A DNA stretch of 64,000 nucleotides from Camelus ferus (taxonomy: Eukaryota). The notes below the pieces were generated by a model. That model was given only the letters and a program-made list of their open reading frames with translations, was not told the origin of the DNA and did not search any database. Positions 50,875 to 62,969 of this stretch are shown piece by piece. The translations under genes and the position numbers were made by a program. Position 1 is the stretch's first letter; each line of letters starts with the position of its first letter. The stretch lies in assembly GCF_009834535.1 (NCBI RefSeq), contig NC_045697.1, positions 20,648,001 to 20,712,000 of the forward strand, given 5' to 3'.

Positions 50875-51039
50875 TTTACATTTAAAACTAGTAAATACAT
50901 GCTGAATCTCATCTAATACTGAAGCGTATGTAATCTAGGCAACACTTGCTTTAGATCTCACTTCCATCTACATAATGTTGAAAAATCGGTGGAAATTTAT
51001 GTGAAAATCACTTCCAAATCTGTTACAGTGTCTAAAATA

Positions 51040-51180
51040 ATGAGAGTGTATGGACTTTGGAATCAAATAGACTTGAGTTCAAGCATTACATTTGTCACTT
51101 CTGACCAAAAGATGGCCTCTCTGAAGCTCAGATTCCTCATCTGTTAAATGAGAATACTGATATTAATCATTAATAATACT
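51040..51180 (+). mobile_element. MIR
   Basis: tatggactttggaatcaaatagacttgagttcaa...ctcagattcctcatctgttaaatgagaata. Confidence 0.8.
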
Positions 51181-51681
51181 TATATATGGTATATATTTAT
51201 AATAAGTTATTTGTAGACTTTTTCAATGTTTTTCTTGAATGAATGAGTGAAGACACCAATGAATGAATGAATGAAGGAGATTGGTGCCTGACATCAAATT
51301 TCCATTTTATATCCTATTTATCTTAAGTGGAAAAACTTTGTTTTTTTCATCTAAGATTAGGGCAATACATTGTTCTTGCCAGGTGAAGCCTAGAGAATTC
51401 TAGATCTGCCTAAGAAATCTTGCTTTTTGCTTTTGATCTTGTTATAAGTTAACAGATTTCCCTGGTGTGAACTGCATTTACATTCTGCCCATTGATCTTA
51501 ACAGATTTTTTTAAAATCTTTTTTTCTCCCAATGCCAACTAGTTATCACCATTATTTCCTTAAATACAATTTCCTGACACCCACCTGGACTTTGTCCCAG
51601 AAGTAACAGTTGACTTGTCCCCCAGTTTCTGCCTCCCTGAATTTCCATGCATGCCTACTTAACCTGTTGGAGGTAACCCAG

Positions 51682-52085
51682 TGTTATGGGGTGAATTGCG
51701 TCACCTCCTCAAATTCATTTGTTGAAGTTCTAACTCCCAGTGAATGTTACTGTATTTGGAGATAGGGGCAATTGCCTTTTAAGAAGGCAATTAAGTTAGA
51801 ATAAATAATGTCATTAGGGTAGATCCTAATCCTATATGACTAGTATCTTTATAAGGATAGGAGATCAGGACACAGACATACACAGAGAGAATGCCATGTG
51901 ACATACATGGGAAAAAAGTGAGCATCTTCAAAGCAAGGAGAGAAAGCTCAGGAGAAGCCATCTCTGACAATACCTTGATCTCAGACTTTTGGGCTCCAGA
52001 AATCTGAGAACGTGCATTTCTGTTGCTCAAGCCACCCAGTCTGTGGCATTTTTTTTTTAACAGTATCTCTATCAAACCAATAATC
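51682..52085 (+). mobile_element. MLT1A0/MLT1B-like solo LTR
   Basis: tgttatggggtgaattgcgtc, ctgtatttggagataggg, accttgatctcagactt, aagccacccagtctgtggca. Confidence 0.9.
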
Positions 52086-52679
52086 GAGACACTTGTTGGA
52101 GATTTCCAGTAAACTACTGGTAATGGCAAAATTCCATTGAATCTCCACTTCTTTTAACAAATAGTACTGAGTCAGAGATGGGACTACCATCGAAGGACAA
52201 GAAGAAAATTAAAATAGAAATGTTATCCTGAGCATTGGGGCACTTACAGTCTAACCTGGATAAAAGTAGAACTAACTGGAATAATATGTTTTAAGGGAAA
52301 AGAAGAGAAAACATGTTAACCAAAATCAAAACGGCTCATAGTGTTCTCACAGTCATGCAAAGTCAGCGGTTGTCAAAGTGCTTCAACAATGTAATGCAGC
52401 CTGTAACCTACAGACAATATAACGTCTGTGACCTATGACACACGGTTGCTTTAAACTCCTGAATTTTGTGTCTGTTTTCGTTTGTCTGTTTTACTTTTTT
52501 AAGACAGTCTTTAAATTGAAACTCTAAAGTTCTTTAAATTTAAAAGGCTGGAACAAATAATACAAAGTTATGAGAGAACTACCTTAAATGAACCATAACG
52601 TATTTACAATTCCAGACAAACCATGGCCTTTGGGCAAAAGAAACTTACAGTTGTCACTTTTAGAACAAGCTGGAGTGAA

Positions 52680-53140
52680 TAATTAAGGATATATGGTAAC
52701 TGCAAAACAATTGGCCTAGAATTAAAAACAAACAAACAAACAAACAAAAAAAAACAATGCCATGAAAGACAAAACACTTTGGTGAAGTGTTCTAGATTAA
52801 AGAAACTTAACAGCCTTTCCAATTAAGATGAGCATGTGCTTCTTTAATTCTAAAGATATGAAGCAGCTATGAAGATTAGGGAAGAATATGGAGATTTTTG
52901 AATGTAAACTGCATATTATATTGAATTCTCTCAGTGTCAAAATTATACTGCAGTTATGTGGAAGAATGACCTGGTTCTTGGGCAATACATGGTGAAATAA
53001 ATGTCAGTGTCTGCAACTAAATAAAATCTTTCAGCAAAAACTGTGTATATTTAAATATACATATGCACATATGAAGAGAGCAGAGACAGAGAAAGCAAAC
53101 ATGTCCTAAAGTTTAAAAATGTGAACTTATGTTGATATTC
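52680..53140 (+). mobile_element. L1MC4/5-like 3' UTR
   Basis: caatgccatgaaagacaaa, gttctagattaaagaaactta, gttatgtggaagaatgacctggttcttggg, gtgtctgcaact. Confidence 0.7.
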
Positions 53141-54039
53141 TATAGAAACATAAAAAGATATTTTATTCAACACTTTAAGCTTGGGAAAATATTGTACTCA
53201 AGAAATTATCAAGCAGTAAACAATTAATTTAATTGTTGAAAAGTTCTAGAATGGATTGCCTAAAAGATAGTTTAAAATAATCTAATAATGAGTAATTATC
53301 TATTAAACTAACACAGTTTGTCTTAATCATTAAAATATGTTATGCTATTTTTACCTTATTTTCTGTTAGGAGGGAAATGCCAAGTCACACGTTAAATTCC
53401 TCAAAACCTTTTGTGGTAGACTTGTGATTAAGTCAATGGAAGATGGGATATGTAATAAATGGAGTGCTGGAAGACCCACAGATGCATTAGTCTATATTTG
53501 CCTCTTCAATCCATCAGTAAATATAACTCCTAAATTTAATATTTTCTATGTTTTCTTTACAATGATTATAATAGAATCAGTGGTCTTTACGACACTACTT
53601 ATTTCCAGAAATCTATGACTTACCATACATGTGACAATTAACCAGGAGTGAAAGCACATGTGAACGTAGTTAATTATAATTTTGCTACTCAGTTTTCTCT
53701 GCATGTTTGAAAGTTCCAATTATGATGGCTACATGTGGACAAACTGCAAGAAAGTCACATTTAACATATGCCTATATTGACCAAAGGACAATTAAAAGCC
53801 ATTAAAATGACAAACATTGGACATGGCATTATTAACCTGAGCATAAACTGGACAAAAAAATCTATATTCTAGCAATTTAAAAATAATTTAAATGCAAAAA
53901 TACCTCATGCATTTAAAATCATACTGCTTTGAAGCCAATAAAATCCACTCACATGGTAAAAAATAAAGAGAATTGGTTATTTATTTTGCAGCTGAATAAA
54001 TCCTCCTAGATTCCTAGGCAAATAGTAAACTCTGAGTTC

Positions 54040-54390
54040 TAACTTATTTAGGAGGGAGGCAAAAAACAATGATTTGTTCTGTAAATGTCTGCTTATAGGA
54101 GTGAGAGAATTGAGGCTTAAGGAGATTAAAAAAATTGATTAAGGACACATCTAATTAGGGGAAAAACAGTGTTTGGACTCACATCTATATGACCTCATTT
54201 TCCGTGTTCCCTGTCATTGTACTGTGTACCACACAGAAAGCCATCAATATTCATGTTGTAAAGTTTGAATCCTGGTCCAAATATTCACTGTCATGAATTT
54301 GGAAAGTCCTGAGTCTTGCTCTTTAAAACGAGGACAATAAATTCCACATTTGGAGACAAGTTTTGGAATTAAATGTCGTATTATAATTAT
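54040..54390. mobile_element. Two MIR fragments in opposite orientation (about 54040-54230 minus, 54260-54390 plus)
   Basis: gagaattgaggcttaaggagattaa...aaggacacatcta, and gtttgaatcctgg...ctttaaaacgaggacaataa. Confidence 0.55.
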
Positions 54391-54694
54391 TAAGAGTTGA
54401 AAAGGATACAATGCAAAGCATAGCTAAAATAATTTTAAAACTGAAAAGGTACACAGTGAAGATTATATCCAACCCTTTCACTTTACACATAAAAAATTCT
54501 TAGTTAAATACCCTTATGATAATTGTTTTAATTCTCAAATACTGTGAAATAAAATGTATGTGCTAGCAAACCTGAAACACAAGCAAGCTGAACAGCCTGA
54601 ATAGTACTTCATGTCAACTCAAGCACTGCATTATTTTAATAAATTTTTTAAACATTAGAATAGTTTTTCTAAAACATTTTTCAGGGTTACTGAA

Positions 54695-54945
54695 TACGAA
54701 AAAAATGTAAAATATGAAATATATGTAATATAAAATATAGGTAAAATAATTATTGATAATATGTAATATTAATTACATAAACTATATAAACGCTTTATAG
54801 AGATGAAATAATATGAATAGGTAATACATTATTTAATGAACATGTATGAATATTTATATTATGCAAATATAAACATTCAATATATTCAATGTCTATATAA
54901 ATATTTATGTTATATAAACATAAACAATACATATAAAAACAAAAA
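54695..54945. repeat. AT-rich low-complexity tract
   Basis: Almost only A and T, with recurring ataaa/atat units. Confidence 0.8.
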
Positions 54946-55739
54946 TAGCAACAGGCTAATAGAAAGCTGTTTATAAAAATTGGCTAAATATAAAATGTAT
55001 CATTTGAGACTTTTCCCTTCCTTCCCTTCTTTTCACTCACTCCTATGCCCTAGAACATCATGTAGCACTTTATCTTTTCTGAATATTTTACTGTATTATG
55101 TATTTTCTTAGGCTAATCTGGGCTTTCTTTTATTCATCAACTATCCTCTCACCAGCCTGCCTCTATCAAAGTGTGTCAATACTTTGCATATAATTTCTTT
55201 TGACTCTTTGTTTTAGATCCTTTGCCATTCAAAAAAAATACTGCCTTATAATTTCACGGAACACTTATCTCAGGCAGTGATGTTAACTGGCTACAAGAGA
55301 GTGGAAAATGCAGTGTTTTATGTCCAGCCTAAGGAAGGACACAGAAGGACAACAACTCACCTTCCATGTTCAGGGTTGTCTGAAAACTTGCATGCAGTCA
55401 TTAACAGTGGAGATTTTACTCAGGAGAAAATAGGAAATACTTTTGATTTTTGACCTTGATGTCATAGGATGATATTTCTCTTGTCCACTCTTACTCTATT
55501 GTGCTACTTTATCAGCTACAGTCATTTGAAAAGACCTGTTTCTATATGTGGAGATACTGCACAGTGTTTTATTATTCTTCCTCCACCCTAAGGTAGTAAA
55601 AATCACATTAACATATTTCATATGTGGGAATTGACAAAAGCCACCTTTAATCAAGTAATTTTATAACAATCACAAAAAAAGTATACATTTCCTGGGAAAA
55701 AAGGGTCATAAAATTTATGGAATAATAGAAAGGAAAGTC

Positions 55740-55937
55740 TATATTAATGATACTGTGTTTTTAATTTCAAATTCCACTTATTCATTGCTGCTATATAGGG
55801 AAGCAATTGACTTTTGTATATTAATCATGTATCCTGCAATGGCTGGTCTGATAATGTGACTAAAGTCAATCTATTCCTTTCATATCTGAGTCTGTTCTGT
55901 CTATTCAAACTGTGATTTTTGCCTTTATTACACCTTG

Positions 55938-55982
<45 letters not shown>

Positions 55983-56470
55983 TGAAAGCCTGAAATGATA
56001 TAGTTCATTAAAGGAACTTCTGCAAATAGACTTTAGTGATGTGGTAGTAACCTATAGGAAGAGAGGAAGTGTTCTCTAGTCCTATGATTAGATCTGTCTT
56101 TTAGTGAGTCTGTGTTCCTAAACTATGACCTTCACAAGTGCGTCTCTGAGGGAAGAATGGTTAGGAGGGGCAGGAGTTCAGTAATTCCTTTTCCCCGTGT
56201 AGAAGCCTAAGCAGAGCCTGGAGTTGGATCTTTCCCTTCCTCTGGGTCAGTTGAGCTGCAGTAAAATTCTGATAGGTTAATAGTTACTCTAGAAAAGCAT
56301 AATGGGGATTTTCCTCTGATAGCCACTGTATGAACCTGGTAGGCCTCTTGGAGGTAGAAATCACTGACATGCAGAGCATCCATAGCATTGGATCCCTCTG
56401 GAATTTTTTAGTACTTAGAGTTTCCCACACTGAGCCTCTGGCAATTTGTAAATTGCAGTTTAGATTTCCA
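55740..56470 (-). mobile_element. Old L1 (L1M4/L1MC-like): ORF2 fragment of about 100 bp joined to the 5' region
   Basis: tttaatttcaaattccacttattcattgctg...gcaattgacttttgtatattaa...tgtatcctgcaa (ORF2), then gtcctatgattagatc...ttagtgagtctgtg...ttcacaagtgc (L1M4 5' region). Confidence 0.65.
55940..55981. repeat. Pure T42 homopolymer
   Basis: Read directly. Confidence 0.95.
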
Positions 56471-56908
56471 AGTATAATACTGAAATGTGAAGTAAGGAGA
56501 GAAAATGACACCGTGCTAATTCTGGATGTAGGTATCATAAATGTTAACATAGTTAAGCCACAGACTCACTAAGTGAAAGATATGTACTTACAGCCCTGGC
56601 TTCATTTTTCAGGTTAAATGCTTAGGAATTTTGGTGAATTTTGGTATAATATAAAAACACCTAAGTGAAAGACTAATAGTATTAACATTTCAAACAATAT
56701 TGCCTCTATTGAATTTTAAGAATAAAAGTGAGGTTGGCTGAAACATCCTAGAGAATTACCTGGTTATTTGTTACTTCGAAAATGTAGATAATTCCTCAAT
56801 TAAATTATTAAGAGTTTTAACTGAGACAAAATATGAACTGACTTACTTGTTTCTGTCATCTCCCTGGGTTATATCATAATATCATTTAATTATCAGAAGT
56901 ATATCCTT

Positions 56909-57362
56909 ACTATTAGTTTACTAAGACTATTATGCAAGGCACCATGCATGGAGTGGCTTATGTAACAACAGCAATTTTAGTCTCATAGTTGTGCTTCATA
57001 GTCAGAAACCAAGGTGTTAACAGTTCCTGCTCCCTCTAAAATCTGTAGGGGATGTCTGCCTAGCATCTTCCAAATTCTGGTAGCCCCAGATGTTTTTTGG
57101 TTTGTGTTAGCATAATTCCAGTCTCTGGCTCCGACTCATGTGGTGTTTTCCATTTAACTCTTCACCTTATCTTCACTGTGTGTGTGTCCATTAGCCCAAA
57201 TTTCTCATTTTTAGAAGGACTTCAGTCACATTGGATTAGGCCCACCCTTAGGACCTCATTTTAACATAATTACCTCTATAATGATCCTGTTTCTGATTAA
57301 GGTACTGGGGATTAGGACTTCAACTTGTCTTTTGTGGGGAGGACTAAATTCAATCCACAATA
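56909..57362 (-). mobile_element. MLT1C-like solo LTR
   Basis: tattagtttactaagact, ttctggtagccccag, cagtcacattggattaggcccaccct, ggtactggggattaggacttcaac. Confidence 0.85.
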
Positions 57363-58979
57363 CTTAGAATTTTTTTTCTTTACTATAATAAGGTATCTAT
57401 TATATTTTTGCTTTGTCAAACTTGCCTAACAAAATCCAAAGAGTATTTTATTTATTTTTTACTACTTTCCAGAACTGCATAAAAATATATACACTTAAAC
57501 TCTAAGAGATGGGGAGCTGGCTGACAACTAGGGCCATTGTCTGTAAGAAAAATGTGTGAAGAAAATCAGCTTAAAAATAACTTTTATTTCTATAATGCTG
57601 AGTTACATAAAATTTTAGCTTGACTAAAAATCTTGGCTCTTTCTTTTGACTGCAAAATCTCAGTTCTTTCCCAAAGCAAGTACATCCTGCAAGAGAGTCA
57701 TTTAGTATTTGGTAATGAGGAACTGCAGAAAAGATGTAGTTCCAAAATAAATTTTTTTCCTTTTCATTATCTGTGGAACTTCACTTATTTCACAGTTCAG
57801 TTCAAAATCCTATAGTTTAGATTTCACATTCATGATCATCGATCTGTTTGCAGCCTGGGATGCCAGCATCCTCTTTAGAATCATTAATTTCAGAATATCA
57901 ATATTCCAGAGGGAAGAAAAGCTTCCTATTTCTCTTTTATCTTTATGACCTAAGTTTTAATAGACTGGAATATAATAAGGAGAAATTGCAAGTAATTAAA
58001 AATATGGTAGTTTTAATTAAATAAAGAACCTACCATAGTAATTATGATGATATCGAATGTGTATATAAGATATATGTATATTACTACACATAAAATATAA
58101 GAAGGGGTTCATTTTATTTGAATTTAATACAGCATGGTGTACTTTTCATATATTTATCTTGTTTTCTACTATAATTCTATCATTAAACATGAAATTTATT
58201 TACCATAAGTGGTGCTAAACTCATAAACATAATCTAGGTAAATTCCCCCAAATTTTATTCTTTTATATTTTAATCAGTAGTTAACATCTTTCATACTATG
58301 TACCACCAGTATCTACTACAACTGTTTGTTATCCCAGTTACTAGAATATTCTCTTTCTACAAGACTATTGACATATTCTAAATGATTAGGCTAAAATGGG
58401 AAAAATGTATGAAAACTATAATTTTCTAGTAAAATGAACGATTTATGTCACTCGGACATAGCATCATTTAAAAGTTATCACCTACATGTTAGTTCTTAAA
58501 AATATGTTTGGTGAACATAATATTCAATTTAATAAAGAAATGGTATGGCAATGAAAGGCATGAGATGAAATAATAGAAACACTTTGGAATATGTTTCTCC
58601 TTTTTTCCCTGTCTTTGTGAAATAAAGCTTATCAAGAAATTTTGCATATATATTGAAACTTGATTGTGTGTGAGACTCTGTACTACATAAAGGACATACT
58701 TTCTGTCACAGTCCAATGACAAAAAGCTTGTCTTGATGGTCTAAATGACACAATATATGCCCCTCATACTTTAGCTATGTCTTTTACATATGTAATAAAT
58801 GTGATTTGCCCAATCGATAATGTGAAAAGAGAGATTTTTTTTAATGTTCGAACATTTCAAATCATTTTTCCAATCTTTCCTCACCAAGGTGAGTGAGAAT
58901 TCCATTGTCAATATATTCTTTTTTTAACCATCATTTCTTAAAATCATTTCCTATCTTCTCTTTCATCTTAATATCAAAA

Positions 58980-59400
58980 TAGTAACAGTTTAGTAAAGTG
59001 TATGTCACTGCTCCTACCTTCCTGCACCTGCTCCCTTGGAAACTTCAAGTCCTCTTTATCTAGGAAAGGATTTCAATAACAAAGGCTTATTAACTCTTAA
59101 AAAGATCAACTATAAAAATGTAACATGAGATTGCCCCATTCTTCGTCTGAAATCTTTTCAAACCTTCCTGTCACAATTAAGATAAACTTCAGTCTCTTAG
59201 CTGACCTAGCCCCTTCCTCCCTCTTCCACTTCATCTGAGATCACTCTTCCCTGCCCACTTGGCTACAGCAGAACTGTCCTTTTTATTCTTGGAAGAAGCT
59301 AAGTGTATGCTTTTACAACACCTAACTGGACTATTCTTCTCACTTATAAATTCGTCTAACGATGTAGGACATTTTCTTGATGTCACATGGATCGTCCTTT
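58980..59400 (+). mobile_element. L2 fragment
   Basis: aaatgtaacatgagattg...cttggctacagcagaactgtcctttttattcttggaa. Confidence 0.55.
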
Positions 59401-59429
59401 ATCAGATGATGCACCCGTCCACCAGCCAC

Positions 59430-59803
59430 TGTGGAGTTTAGCAGTTAATTATCCTGGAATTTATCCTGGAAAATTATGCTCAGCGTGTATGTCATCTTAC
59501 CCAGCTATGACCACGAGGTAGTTACCCCTTGCAGGAGGGACAGCCTGAAGCCAATGACCGCTTGATATGGGAGTAGGAAGTCCAGCTTCCTTGACTCAAG
59601 AGATTAACAACCCTGAGGTGCAATTCATGCTCCAGAGCTTCCCGTGGCTCAGGCCAAGAACACACATTTTACATAGCTTCTTACCCCAACCAGTTCTGAT
59701 TTCCTCCCTCCCTTTTACGTTTTGCCTAAATCACATCCTTGAAGAAAACTTTTGCATGAGAATCCTCATCTGAGGCACTGCTTGGAGAATAAAACCTAAG
59801 ACA
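59430..59803 (+). mobile_element. LTR16-family 5' LTR (ERVL)
   Basis: cagcctgaagccaatgac, ctgaggtgcaattcatgctccagagct, gaatcctcatctgagg and acctaagaca, followed at once by the internal start gttgataccag. Confidence 0.85.
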
Positions 59804-60189
59804 GTTGATACCAGATACACAGTCCAAGAAAGTGGACTTTAAGAATGAAGTTCTAGATTTTGCACAATTTGTTTCCTGGATCACAGTGCCTGCCTTGTTG
59901 CCCTTGGTGTGCTCCAGCAGCATGACTGTTGAAACATTCCCTTTTTGTAAACTAGGTCAACATAAAAGTAGAAAAGATGCTCTGCCTTGTGCAACGTCTC
60001 TGATATTTGAGAAATTGGAGGGGAATAATACCCACAAGGCTTGTGGAATTGGGTGGATACTACTAAGGCCATGGATTTGTATCCGTTAGTCATAACTTTT
60101 TAACAAAAAATATGAGAGTCAAAGGGCCCCTTTGAGAGTATTCAAAGATGCCTTAATTTCCTTTAGCTGGAGGGAATTGGTTGCAGCCA

Positions 60190-60560
60190 CTCCACAGAAA
60201 TAGAATGTACCTCTACCTAAAATGTGGTTTGCTTGTCAAGGTCAATGATGTGATACACACGCTGAGAGAGTATGAAAGATGTGTTAATTATATAATCTGG
60301 CTTTCTGGAGAGAGCAGGACAGCTTTCCAGGAAGTGTAAAACATCTTGAGAGAACAGGGAAAGGATACTGGATTGGGAGTTTTCGGGTAGTGAGGTGTTG
60401 GGGTCAGTCATGTGGTTTGAATCACATTAGTACCAAGGGAGGGAGCACACAGGCTTTCTTGTCAGATTTCTCTGATATAGGGCAGAAAAGGAAAGATGGA
60501 GAGGTTAGGTTGAAAAGATGTCAGAAGTCAAACTTGAAATAATTGATTCTGACTAGTACA
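60190..60560 (-). mobile_element. ERVL solo LTR (LTR52-like) nested antisense in the gag remnant
   Basis: aaaatgtggtttg, ggctttctggagagagcagg, ggagggagcacacaggctttcttgtcag, tgtcagaagtcaaac...taca. The gag sequence resumes collinearly after it. Confidence 0.65.
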
Positions 60561-61358
60561 GAAGACAAAGGTGAAAATTTGCACCTTACCGTAAGATCAT
60601 GAGACATTCAGAAAAGGTTGCATTTCTTAGACTAGGCAACTCTTTCCTGCCAAAGTCAGGGTCCTGATAAGAAGTGGAATGAGTTTGGGATGGAGATGTC
60701 TGTGCAGATGCATCTGAGAAACTTAAAAATTAGAGCTCTCTCAGAACCTTCTGGATTTACAGAAAGTGACTCCCTCTGCTTTGTTGGAAGATCAAACCTC
60801 CATCAATCCTAGGATTGAAAGGAATCTTCAAATAAGATAGATGCTTTGCAATGCTTGTCTTTCTAAAGATCTCCTCTCACTGTTTCATGGCATAAAACCA
60901 ATAACTAAGATCAAATTTCAGCATTGTCTGGGGAAATGCCAGATCTGATAAGGGAAGAGAGAAATTTTACACTAGAGAAGCTATAGGACATAGCTAGCAT
61001 ATACTAGAAGGATATGACTGAGGAGGGCTGAAAGATAATCCTTAGGGTGCTGAACCAAAGTTGGGGGGAATGTAAAGCTGAATAAAGGAGATTTTGTTGG
61101 TATAGATATGCTGCGTCACACCTGAGGATGTAATGTCTTGGCAAGGGTCCCTGAAGCTTGTTTTCACATGCTGATGAGATGACTGTTGGAAGTTTGGAAA
61201 AAGTGATGGTTCACATTAAATGCAGTATAGATGCCAGATCTGTCATGGCAGGCTTTGGAGAATAAAAAATAAATTAGAAAATTGGCAATTACTAAATTAA
61301 GCTACTGTATAGTTCTGGAAAATTGAATGGCTGACTATATTTTTTGAAGGGGGTAGAC

Positions 61359-61577
61359 AAGAGTTTTTCAACCTCCACCCTTTTGACATTTTGAGATTGA
61401 TCATTTTTCATTGTGGAGGTAGGGAACTAACTCATGGATTGCAGAATATTTAGCAGCATTCCTAGTCATTATACACTAGATGTTAATAGCACCTCCTCAA
61501 TTGTGTCAACCAAAAGTGTATGCAGACTTTATTCCTTAGGGTGGGGGGAAAGCATTGCTATTGGTTGGAAATCAGTG
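61359..61577 (-). mobile_element. MER20 hAT MITE nested in the gag remnant
   Basis: ttgacattttg, gaatatttagcagcattcct, cactagatg, caaccaaaagtgt. TIRs aagagtttttcaacc / ggttggaaatcagtg. Decayed TSD gggtagac / gtctagaa. Confidence 0.85.
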
Positions 61578-62409
61578 GTCTAGAAGGACTCTATTTACCA
61601 AATTAGCAAAGGATGTTTGTGGGAAATGATCCAGCATTGCTGGGAAGTTCAATAATGGCTCCCCAAGGTAGGATGAGGCTGACAGTAGGAGATAATGTTA
61701 TAAAACTGGACTTCCTAATGGCTTTTGGAATAATATCTCAGAATAGCAGAAGGCAAATGACAGAAACAAGACAGACATAAAACCATAATGGGCATAAAGA
61801 TTGTTAACAGAGCATGGGAACTCAAGGGAAAAGATCAATGAGCAGCAAAAAATATCTATTTCTTAACATCCATCACAGATATTTATCAAGGTTGAATGAG
61901 CAAGAGGGTGAAGTCAATTCTCAATGGACTCCCATGGCCCCTGCTCTAGTTTTTGTAGCTTATCCATTTCTCAGCCCAAGAAATAATGGTTTAAAAGAGA
62001 GGCAAAACCCTATGAAGTAAGACTCTGTAACATTATAGCAAATGTCTGCAGTGATCATTCTACCCCACTTCTTTCCTGAACACATCTGACAATTGATAGA
62101 GTAATTATACACTGAGGTGAAGGACTTCAATGGCTAATTGGAAAAATTTGCTATTTATACAGATATTAGATACCTAAATTGCCATTACAGTTGACATGGT
62201 AGAGCACAGGCACATACAATCCAGTCATAAAAGGACTTCAGGTCCAGGTTTGACTCACGGAAGATCCATTAGGTCCCCAAACCCTCATGATGATCACTTT
62301 TCTAAGTTACAAATATATAATCAGAAGGGACATCTGCTGTAGTCTGCAGACATCACAGTTAATTTCTGTGGAGTAAGAAGAATAGTAGGAAAGGCCAAAT
62401 GCAATTCCA

Positions 62410-62763
62410 TCAACATTATGCACCCAATCCAGGAGTGCCTAATATATAAAACAAATATTAACAGACATAAAGGGAGAAATTGACAATAATACAATAATAG
62501 TGGGGGGCTTTAACACTCCACTTATATCAATGGACAGATCAGACAGAAAATGAGTAAGAAAACAGTAGTCATAAATGACATTGACCAGTTGGACTTAATA
62601 GATGTCTAAAGGTCATTTCATCCCCAAACAGCAGAATACACATTTTCTTCAAGTGCACATGGCATATTCTCCAGGATAGATCACATGCTTGGCCACAAAA
62701 CAGTCTGAACAAGTTTAAAAGGGTAGAGATTATATCAAGCATTTTTTCTAACACAGCACTATG
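62410..62763 (+). mobile_element. L1 ORF2 endonuclease-domain fragment
   Basis: Translates as YAPN, KQILTDIKGEIDNNTIIVGGFNTPLISMDRS and FHPQTAEYTFSSSAHGIFSRIDHMLGHK, with frameshifts. Confidence 0.9.
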
Positions 62764-62969
62764 TTTGTAAGTTGTTCTGTTCATAATCCTTGGCTCAACT
62801 GGTTTTTAGGAGTTAAGATGGTGAATTAAATAGTTATACCATGGGGACCACAATCTGCATTTTAAAACTTTCCATAGGTGCCATTATTTTCCCTTGGGCT
62901 GTATTTTGTTCATGATTTATTGTATTTTATGAAAGGGATCCATTTAAGAGGCTTCCATTTGGCCCTGTA

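Larger units (their letters stand above)
59804..62408 (+). pseudogene. gag: Decayed ERV-L (ERV3-16A3-like) internal region: gag and protease remnants
   Basis: My translation across stops and frameshifts gives IFEKLEGNNTHKACGIGWILL, AKVRVLI..WDGDV, PITKIKFQH, IREERNFTLEKL*DIASIY, ILRVLNQ..NVKLNKGDFVGI, LLEVWKK*WFTLNAV*MPDLSWQ, QV*LTEDPLGPQT and CGVRRIVGKAK. These are collinear with ERV-L Gag/Pro. Confidence 0.85.

Noticed and set aside
56569..56672. 12-bp direct repeat ctaagtgaaaga 92 bp apart as a TSD or IRF site pair
   Set aside because: The enclosed sequence has no tail or element hallmarks, so it cannot be told apart from chance.
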